NCBI GenBank assembly: GCA_017537265.1
Contig: JAFYLE010000009.1
Span: 7,421-31,420 of the forward strand
Length of the DNA: 24,000 nt
Direction of reading: 5' to 3'
Origin: Clostridia bacterium
Lineage (GTDB): Bacteria > Bacillota > Clostridia > Oscillospirales > SIG627
This document shows positions 17,364-24,000 of the stretch, one piece after another. Numbering within the stretch: the first letter of the stretch is position 1; the number at the start of each line of letters is the position of its first letter. Under the pieces are notes generated by a model. It was not told the DNA's origin. It made no database searches and saw only the letters and a list, made by a program, of their open reading frames with translations. Made by a program: the position numbers and the translations under genes.

Positions 17364-18100
17364 TGCGCCTGGACGTGTATTTGGTCGAGTGCGGCAAGGT
17401 CAAGAGCCGCACCCTCGCCGCTCGCCTCATCGAGGAGGGCGCGGTCAGCGTTTGCGGCAAGGTCGCCAAAAAGCCTTCCGAAAAGGTCAACGAGGGCGAC
17501 GAAGTGACGGTTATGAACAACGAACTTTGTCGTTACGTTTCCCGCGGCGGTCTGAAGCTTGAGGCGGCACTCACTGCTTTTTCACTTGACGTTACGGGCC
17601 TTCGCGCCTTTGACTTCGGTTCCTCTACCGGCGGTTTTACCGACTGCCTTTTAAAGCACGGCGCCGCACACGTGTACAGCGTGGACGTCGGCCGTAGCCA
17701 ACTTGTGGAGAGCGTGAAGTGCGACGCGCGCGTAAGCGTTTTGGAAGAGACGGACGCCCGCACCGTCACCGAGGAGCATCTGGGTGAAAAGTGTGACCTC
17801 GGCGTTATGGACGTCTCCTTTATCTCCCAGTCACTTTTGTATCCCTCCTGCGCACACAATTTGAAGACGGGCGGTTTTCTCGTCACTCTTTACAAGCCGC
17901 AGTTTGAAGTGGGCAGGCAATACGTCGGCAAGGGCGGCATCGTCAAGGACCTGCGCGCCGTGGAGCGCGCAAGAGAGACTTTGGTGGAAAAAGCCGCACT
18001 CTGCGGGCTGAAATTTGTAAAACATATCCCTTCGCCGATTCTCGGCGGAGACGGTAATTATGAGGAACTTCTGTATTTTGTGAGGTGTGAGCATGTTTGA
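17363..18100 (+). CDS. tlyA: TlyA family rRNA (cytidine-2'-O)-methyltransferase
   Basis: N-terminal S4 domain (MRLDVYLVECGKVKSRTLAARLIEEGAVSV...) plus FDFGSSTGGFTDCLLKHGA and DLGVMDVSFISQ. Confidence 0.92.
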   Translation: MRLDVYLVECGKVKSRTLAARLIEEGAVSVCGKVAKKPSEKVNEGDEVTVMNNELCRYVSRGGLKLEAALTAFSLDVTGLRAFDFGSSTGGFTDCLLKHGAAHVYSVDVGRSQLVESVKCDARVSVLEETDARTVTEEHLGEKCDLGVMDVSFISQSLLYPSCAHNLKTGGFLVTLYKPQFEVGRQYVGKGGIVKDLRAVERARETLVEKAALCGLKFVKHIPSPILGGDGNYEELLYFVRCEHV

Positions 18101-18938
18101 GACCATTGCCCTCTACCCCAATCCGACCCGACGGGTCACGTTTGAGGTGCTGGCAAACGCGGCGCAGATTTTGAAAAAGAGCGGCGCGCGTCTTTTGGCG
18201 GACGAACGCTATCAACTGCTCTTGCAGGACGTGGAAGGCATCACGTTTGTGAGCGAGAGGGAGTTCTTTTCCGCGGATCTTGTCATCGCCTTCGGCGGAG
18301 ACGGCACCTTGCTTTCCGCCTCGCACGAGGCAAGCGAGAAGGGTACGCCTATTCTCGGAGTCAACTGCGGTCACGTCGGCTTTCTGACTTCCGTTTCCTC
18401 AGCGGACTTGGACCGTCTTTCCGACTTGCAGAGCGGGGCTTTCTGCATCCAGGAGCGTATGATGCTTTCCGTTTTGCATCGGGGCAAAGAGTATTACGCT
18501 TTGAACGAGGCCTGCGTTGTCAGTAAGAACAATTGTACGCTTTCCGCTTACGACGTCTCGGTGGACGACATTTATATCGGTCACTACCACGCGGACGGAC
18601 TCATCGTGGCAACCTCCACGGGTTCCACCGCGTACTCACTTTCCGCAGGCGGCGCCGCAGTCGACCCGCGTTTGGACTGTCTGTGCATCACCCCCATCTG
18701 CCCGCATTCGCTTTTGCGCGCCCGCCCCATCATCGTGCCGCCGACCTCCTGTGTGAAGATCTCTCACCGCGCGGACGAGACGGACGAGGTCGTGCTTTGC
18801 GTGGACGGCAGACAGGAGATCGAACTCGCTACCGATGCGATCGAGATTTCAAAGAGTGAGAAGGTCACTCGCGTTTTAGTACCCAAGGAACATCATTTTT
18901 GCAACGTGCTTTACAGCAAGTTTTTTGAGAGGAATTGA
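18087..18938 (+). CDS. nadK: NAD(+)/NADH kinase
   Basis: AFGGDGTLLSASHEASEKGTPILGVNCGHVGFLTS and ATSTGSTAYSLSAGG. Confidence 0.94.
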   Translation: MSMFETIALYPNPTRRVTFEVLANAAQILKKSGARLLADERYQLLLQDVEGITFVSEREFFSADLVIAFGGDGTLLSASHEASEKGTPILGVNCGHVGFLTSVSSADLDRLSDLQSGAFCIQERMMLSVLHRGKEYYALNEACVVSKNNCTLSAYDVSVDDIYIGHYHADGLIVATSTGSTAYSLSAGGAAVDPRLDCLCITPICPHSLLRARPIIVPPTSCVKISHRADETDEVVLCVDGRQEIELATDAIEISKSEKVTRVLVPKEHHFCNVLYSKFFERN

Positions 18939-18940
18939 AG

Positions 18941-19402
18941 ATGGCATCCATTCGTACCCGTCGCCAAGAGAAGATCTTGGAAATCATCCGCGCCCGCAAC
19001 GTCCAGACGCAGGACGAACTTTGCGCTCTGCTCGTGGAAGCAGGCTTTTCCGTCACGCAGGCCACTGTCTCGCGCGATATTAAGGAGATGGGGCTCTTGA
19101 AGGTCGCCGTTCCCGGCGGCTATAAGTACGCCCAGGCCGCCGCGGCCGATCTCTCTCCGGAATTGGAGCGTTACCGCAAGGTGCTTTTGGAAGTTACCGT
19201 GCGCGTTGCCGCCGCAGGCAACCTCGTGATTTTCAACACGCTTTCCGGTGCCGCGCAGGCGGCAGCAGCAGCCGTGGACGCCATGAAATGGACGGAGATC
19301 ATCGGTTGCATCGCAGGGGATGATACCGTCTTTCTCGCCGTTTCCACTCCGCAGGTCGCTTCGGAGATCTGCGCCCGCTTCCGTCTGCTTCTCAAGCACT
19401 GA
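18941..19402 (+). CDS. argR: Arginine repressor ArgR/AhrC
   Basis: RRQEKILEIIRARNVQTQDELCALLVEAGFSVTQATVSRDIKEMGLLKV and C-terminal IAGDDTVFLAVSTP. ATG 18941 preferred over TTG 18935 by SD spacing. Confidence 0.94.
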   Translation: MASIRTRRQEKILEIIRARNVQTQDELCALLVEAGFSVTQATVSRDIKEMGLLKVAVPGGYKYAQAAAADLSPELERYRKVLLEVTVRVAAAGNLVIFNTLSGAAQAAAAAVDAMKWTEIIGCIAGDDTVFLAVSTPQVASEICARFRLLLKH

Positions 19403-19417
19403 TCTTCGCTTACTTTT

Positions 19418-21085
19418 ATGTTAAGACGTCTTTCTGTTCGTGATTTTGCGCTGTTTTCCTCGGCAGAGTTTTTGCCGGAGGAAGGCTTTGTCGCGCTCAC
19501 GGGACAGACGGGCGCAGGCAAGAGCCTTGTGGTGGACGCACTCGCGTTCGTCACGGGAAGTCGCAAAGGTCGCGAGTACGTCCGACAGGGAAGCGACAAG
19601 TGCAGTGTCACCGCACTTTTTACTCCCGTCAGCGCCGCACAGCAAAAGGCGCTTTCGGACCTCGGTGTTGAGACGGAGGAGGACGGCATTGAGTTTTTCC
19701 GTTCGCTTTCTCTCGATTCGCGCGGTGTCTGTCGTATCAACGGACGGCAGACCACCCTTACGCTTCTGCGTGAGGCGGCGGGGCTGTTTTGCGACATTCA
19801 CGAGCAGGAGGATGCACACGCGCTCCTCGATTCTTCCCGTCATCTGTTTTATTTAGATGCTTTTGCCGAAGACACGTTTTTGCACAAGCGTGCAGAGTAC
19901 AAGCGACTTTACGAAGCTTATACGGAAATCAAACGACGTTTCGGTACTTTGTATTCCGCCGATCGCAGTGAGGAGAAGAGCCGCCGCGAATTTTTGGAGT
20001 ATCAGATCCGCGAGTTGGAAGGTGCCCGCATCCGCGTTGGGGAAGAGGCGGAACTTGTTGAGAAAAAAGAGCGTTTGAAAAACGCCAAACTGTTATCCGA
20101 TACAACCGCTCTGGTGGAGGCTTCGCTTTCGGGCGAGGGCGGTGCGTATGACCGTGTCATGGCGGCGGCAGACGCACTCAAAAAAGCGTCTGAGGTCGTT
20201 TTGGATTACGCACCCCTTGCGGAAAAACTCGAAGAGATCGGGGAATGCATTTCCGACGTTTCCCGCAGTGTTTTACGCGAGGAGGGCGAGGGTGACCCCA
20301 CCGCAGCCCTTGACGCCATCGATACCCGCCTTTCGCTTTTGCGTCGGCTGTATTCGCTCTATGCGCCAAGCGAAGAGGAACTTCTGCAATTACTCGACGC
20401 GAAAAAGGCGGAACTGTTTGCTATCGACCATGCCAAGGAAGAAGCGCGCAGGCTTCACGCCGAAGCGCTTGAGGCGCGGGACGCCGCGCGCGTGTGTGCA
20501 CTCGCGTTGCGTGCCGAACGAGTGCGGGCGGCCGCGATTTTAGAGACGGAGATCTTGGAGTCCCTGAAGGACTTGGACATGCCCGCCGTGCGTTTTGAAG
20601 TTCGAATGACCGAGCGGGAGAAGATCTCTCCCGACGGATTGGACGATGTGGAGTTTTACATCGGTACCAACGTCGGTCAGCCGATGATGCCGCTTTCCAA
20701 GATCGCCTCCGGCGGTGAGCTTTCCCGCATACTGCTTGCGCTTCGTTGCGTGCTCTCGCGCATCGATGCGATCGACACCTTGGTGTTTGACGAGATCGAT
20801 ACCGGCGTTTCCGGCAAAAGTGCCGCCAAGATTGGCTCCGCCATGCGGCGCCTCGGCGCAGAGCGTCAGGTGCTCGCCGTGACTCATTCCGCGCAGGTCG
20901 CAAGCCGCGCGCACGCGCAGGTCAAGGTGGAAAAGGAGATCGCACTCGGCAACACCGAGGCAAAGATCTATCCGCTTTCTGCCGAGGAGCGCGAGCGGGA
21001 GATCGCCCGCATTTTGGGCGGCGAGACCAGTACCGAAACCTCCCTTGCAGGGGCAAGAGAACTCTTGTCCTGCCAAGGAAAATAA
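19418..21085 (+). CDS. recN: DNA repair protein RecN
   Basis: MLRRLSVRDFALFSSAEF, GQTGAGKSLVVDAL, LSKIASGGELSRILLALRCVL, DEIDTGVSGKSAAKIG. Confidence 0.96.
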   Translation: MLRRLSVRDFALFSSAEFLPEEGFVALTGQTGAGKSLVVDALAFVTGSRKGREYVRQGSDKCSVTALFTPVSAAQQKALSDLGVETEEDGIEFFRSLSLDSRGVCRINGRQTTLTLLREAAGLFCDIHEQEDAHALLDSSRHLFYLDAFAEDTFLHKRAEYKRLYEAYTEIKRRFGTLYSADRSEEKSRREFLEYQIRELEGARIRVGEEAELVEKKERLKNAKLLSDTTALVEASLSGEGGAYDRVMAAADALKKASEVVLDYAPLAEKLEEIGECISDVSRSVLREEGEGDPTAALDAIDTRLSLLRRLYSLYAPSEEELLQLLDAKKAELFAIDHAKEEARRLHAEALEARDAARVCALALRAERVRAAAILETEILESLKDLDMPAVRFEVRMTEREKISPDGLDDVEFYIGTNVGQPMMPLSKIASGGELSRILLALRCVLSRIDAIDTLVFDEIDTGVSGKSAAKIGSAMRRLGAERQVLAVTHSAQVASRAHAQVKVEKEIALGNTEAKIYPLSAEEREREIARILGGETSTETSLAGARELLSCQGK

Positions 21086-21112
21086 ATTTTAATCAATCTT
21101 TTGGAGAATGTT

Positions 21113-22333
21113 ATGCAACTGTACGAAGAACTGCAAAGACGCGGGCTGATCGCCCAAGTGACCAACGAGCCGGAGATCCGTGACATGATCAACGCGGGCA
21201 AGGCGACTTTTTACATCGGTTTTGACTGCACCGCAGACAGTTTGACCGCCGGCCACTTCATGGCGCTGACGCTGATGAAGCGCCTGCAAATGGCGGGCAA
21301 CCGCCCCATCGCCCTGATCGGCGGCGGCACCACCATGATCGGTGACCCCACCGGCAGAACCGATATGCGCAAAATGCTCACCAAGGAAGACATCGACCAC
21401 AACGCCGCGTGTTTCAAGCGTCAGATGGAGCGTTTCATCGACTTTTCCGAGGGCAAGGCTATGCTCATCAACAACGCCGATTGGCTTTTGAACTTAAATT
21501 ACGTGGATCTGTTGCGCGAGGTCGGCTCCTGCTTCTCCGTCAACAACATGCTTCGCGCGGAGTGCTACAAGCAGCGCATGGAAAAGGGTCTGTCCTTCCT
21601 GGAATTCAACTACATGATCATGCAGTCTTACGACTTCTACTACCTCTACAAGAACTACGGTTGCAACATGCAGTTCGGCGGTGACGACCAGTGGTCCAAC
21701 ATGCTCGGCGGCACGGAACTCGTGCGCCGCAAGCTCGGCAAGGATGCCCACGCCATGACCATCACTCTGCTGACCGACTCGCAGGGCAAGAAGATGGGTA
21801 AGACCGCAGGCAACGCCGTCTGGCTCGATCCCAACAAGACCTCTCCCTACGACTTCTATCAGTATTGGCGCAACGTGGGCGATGCCGACGTTTTGAAGTG
21901 CATTCGCATGCTCACCTTCCTGCCGATCGAAGAGATCGAGGCCATGGATTCTTGGGAAGGCAGCCAGCTCAACCGTGCCAAGGAGATCTTGGCATTCGAA
22001 CTGACCAAGATGGTCCACGGCGAAGAGGAGGCCCAAAAGGCAGAGGCTGCGGCGAAGGCGCTCTTCTCTGCGGGTGCAGACAGCGCGGATATGCCCACCA
22101 CCACTCTTTCCGAGGGCGATTTTGCCGACGGCGTGATCGGTGTCATCGATCTCTACGTCAAGAGCGGCCTGTGCCCCTCCCGCGGTGAGGCCCGTCGCCT
22201 CGTCGAACAGGGCGGCGCCACCGTCAACGACGAGAAGGTCGCCGACATCAAGAAGACTTACACCGTCGAAGAGGCAAAGGCTGGCATCACCTTGAAGAAG
22301 GGCAAAAAAGTCTATCATAAAGTGATTTTGTAA
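21113..22333 (+). CDS. tyrS: Tyrosine--tRNA ligase
   Basis: YIGFDCTADSLTAGHFMALTLMKRLQ, LIGGGTTMIGDPTGR, KKMGKTAGNAVWLD and C-terminal S4 domain. ATG 21113 with GGAG SD. Confidence 0.96.
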   Translation: MQLYEELQRRGLIAQVTNEPEIRDMINAGKATFYIGFDCTADSLTAGHFMALTLMKRLQMAGNRPIALIGGGTTMIGDPTGRTDMRKMLTKEDIDHNAACFKRQMERFIDFSEGKAMLINNADWLLNLNYVDLLREVGSCFSVNNMLRAECYKQRMEKGLSFLEFNYMIMQSYDFYYLYKNYGCNMQFGGDDQWSNMLGGTELVRRKLGKDAHAMTITLLTDSQGKKMGKTAGNAVWLDPNKTSPYDFYQYWRNVGDADVLKCIRMLTFLPIEEIEAMDSWEGSQLNRAKEILAFELTKMVHGEEEAQKAEAAAKALFSAGADSADMPTTTLSEGDFADGVIGVIDLYVKSGLCPSRGEARRLVEQGGATVNDEKVADIKKTYTVEEAKAGITLKKGKKVYHKVIL

Positions 22334-22340
22334 GAATGTG

Positions 22341-22380
22341 AAAAACACCCCGCACTCATCTGTTTGTGCGGGGCGTTTTT
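22341..22380 (+). terminator. Intrinsic terminator after tyrS
   Basis: AACACCCCGCAC(TCATCTGTTT)GTGCGGGGCGTTTTT, stem with one mismatch and U-tract. Confidence 0.88.
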
Positions 22381-22395
22381 TGTCTTGGGAAAAAG

Positions 22396-22424
22396 AAAAA
22401 GAACCGCAGACTGCGGTTCTTTTT
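22396..22424 (-). terminator. Bidirectional-looking intrinsic terminator at the 3' end of folD
   Basis: AAAAAGAACCGCA(GAC)TGCGGTTCTTTTT, 13-bp stem flanked by A- and T-tracts on both sides. Confidence 0.85.
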
Positions 22425-22434
22425 TTATGCCTTT

Positions 22435-23283
22435 TTATTTTGCCGCGTTCTTTGCGGCAGTCAGAGTGTTCTGCAGGAGCATGGTGATGGTCATGGGGCC
22501 GCAACCGCCGGGTACGGGGGTGATGAAGGAGGCTTTTTCCTTTACGGCGTCAAAGTCCACGTCACCGCAGAGGCGTCCGTTCTCGTCGCGGTTCATGCCC
22601 ACGTCAATGACCACGGCGCCGTCCTTGACCATGTCTTGCGTGACGAATTTCGCACGGCCGATGGCAACGACCAGAATGTCAGCCTCCCGCGTGATGTCTG
22701 CAAGGTTTTGGGTTTTGGAGTGGCAGACGGTCACCGTCGCGTTTTTGTGCAGCAGCAACATTGCCTGCGGTTTTCCCACGATGTTGCTGCGGCCGATGAC
22801 GACAGCGTTTTTGCCCTCTACGGGGATGTCGTACTCGTCAAGCAGTGCCATCACTCCCGCGGGCGTGCAGGGGAGGAAGTCGGGATTTCCCACCATGATG
22901 CGCCCCACGGACGCGTAGCCGAAGGCATCCACGTCTTTTTTGGGGTCAATGGCTTCGATCACCGTCACTTCGTCGATGTGGCGCGGAACGGGAAGCTGCA
23001 CGAGAATGCCGTGGATCTTGTCGTCTGCGTTGAGTTTTGCAATGAGCTCCAGCAGTTCTTCCTGCGTGGTCGACTCCGGCAGGCGGTGTACTTCGGAGTA
23101 GAAGCCCACCTCAAGGCAGGCGAGTTCTTTGTTTTTTACGTAGGTTTGGCTGGCAGGGTCTTCACCCACCAGGATGACCGCGAGACCGGGCTTTTTACCG
23201 TAAGTCTCCTCGTAGGAGCGCACTTGTTCGGCAAAGCGCGCGCGCAGTTTTTTGCTGGTCAGTTTTCCGTCAAGCAGCGTCAT
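22435..23283 (-). CDS. folD: Bifunctional methylenetetrahydrofolate dehydrogenase/cyclohydrolase
   Basis: [67 protein letters not shown]. Confidence 0.96.
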   Translation of the reverse strand: MTLLDGKLTSKKLRARFAEQVRSYEETYGKKPGLAVILVGEDPASQTYVKNKELACLEVGFYSEVHRLPESTTQEELLELIAKLNADDKIHGILVQLPVPRHIDEVTVIEAIDPKKDVDAFGYASVGRIMVGNPDFLPCTPAGVMALLDEYDIPVEGKNAVVIGRSNIVGKPQAMLLLHKNATVTVCHSKTQNLADITREADILVVAIGRAKFVTQDMVKDGAVVIDVGMNRDENGRLCGDVDFDAVKEKASFITPVPGGCGPMTITMLLQNTLTAAKNAAK

Positions 23284-24000
23284 GCTTCATTCTCACTTTC
23301 GTTTTCTTCTTCTTTCATTTCGGCAGGCTTTGCCTTTTTCGCACGCAAGAATCCCAGCACGAACAGACTGCCGAAGAGCAAAAAGCAAACGAGCCCCACA
23401 AGACCCGCAATGCGCATGCCCAGAACCACGGGGCTTGAGTCAATGCGGAAGAATTCCACGATCATGCGGCCCAATCCGTAGAAGGCGAGGTAGAACAGGA
23501 AGATCTCGCCGTCGTACTTCTTCGCGCGGTAGAGGAAGAAGTGGATGATCACGAGCAGAGTAAAGTTCCACAGCGATTCGTAGAAGAAGGTCGGGTGGTA
23601 GAATTCGGTGACGTTCTCGGTAATGCCGAGGCCCATGCGCCAGGGCAGATCGGTCAGGGAGCCGTAGGCTTCGCCGTTGACGAAGTTGCCCCAACGGCCG
23701 ATCATTTGACCGATGATCAGGCAGGGGGAAAAGGCGTCAAGCACGGCAAAAAGGTTGAGTTTTTTGATCTTGGTGTAGAAGATGATGACGAGGATCCCCG
23801 CGATGATGGAGCCGTAAATGGCACCGCCGCCGTTCCAGATGGCGATCCATTCAAGGAAGGGGCGACCGATGTAGTGGTCCAGTTCCATCAGCACGTGGTA
23901 GAGACGTGCACCAATGATGCCGAAGGGGATGATGAGGAGCAAAAGGTTGAGGAAGTCGTCCATGCTCACACCCTCGCGCTTGGTCGTGCGGATTCCGTAA
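23280..24000 (-). CDS. lgt: Prolipoprotein diacylglyceryl transferase, N-terminus beyond the window edge
   Basis: [38 protein letters not shown]. The frame stays open upstream as [16 protein letters not shown], so GTG 23969 is not the true start. Confidence 0.93.
   Translation of the reverse strand, partial: YGIRTTKREGVSMDDFLNLLLLIIPFGIIGARLYHVLMELDHYIGRPFLEWIAIWNGGGAIYGSIIAGILVIIFYTKIKKLNLFAVLDAFSPCLIIGQMIGRWGNFVNGEAYGSLTDLPWRMGLGITENVTEFYHPTFFYESLWNFTLLVIIHFFLYRAKKYDGEIFLFYLAFYGLGRMIVEFFRIDSSPVVLGMRIAGLVGLVCFLLFGSLFVLGFLRAKKAKPAEMKEEENESENEA

Noticed and set aside
22366-23481. 371-aa plus-strand ORF opposite folD/lgt
   Set aside because: Shadow frame over two clear minus-strand genes.
1-24000. 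CRISPR arrays, transposons/IS, prophage genes, rRNA or tRNA genes
   Set aside because: No repeat-spacer pattern, transposase motifs, phage proteins or recognisable tRNA/rRNA segments seen on inspection.

Overview
The window is a dense, mostly plus-strand housekeeping segment of a GC-rich, spore-forming Clostridia-like genome. The taxonomic placement is an inference from spoIIR, a T-box and the gene order. Genes in order: end of a DUF512-type protein, der, plsY, a DUF362/4Fe-4S protein, ispE, spoIIR, a sugar-phosphate isomerase-like TIM barrel, an orphan solute-binding lipoprotein, a T-box leader with pheS-pheT, nusB, a TsaD-family paralog, xseA, xseB, a ~590-nt non-coding structured RNA, a small basic four-TM membrane protein, dxs, tlyA, nadK, argR, recN and tyrS. 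On the minus strand, convergent, are folD and the lgt fragment. The main find is the ~14213-14804 region. It has its own near-consensus promoter (TTGCAA-N17-TATAAT), many internal helices, a 13-bp long-range helix joining its two ends, and a downstream gene whose product looks like OapA. Size, structure and neighbourhood (xseA-xseB-[RNA]-oapA-dxs-tlyA-...-argR-recN) match the OLE (Ornate, Large, Extremophilic) RNA/OapA ribonucleoprotein locus. OLE is a known class with unresolved biochemical function, so this is probably a new or divergent representative, and ispA is missing from its usual slot. Secondary observations: a terminator hairpin that contains the spoIIR Shine-Dalgarno and overlaps a sigF-like promoter; a nusB promoter whose -35 box lies in the pheT terminator; and a cryptic small ORF with an ATC in start position upstream of the Phe T-box.
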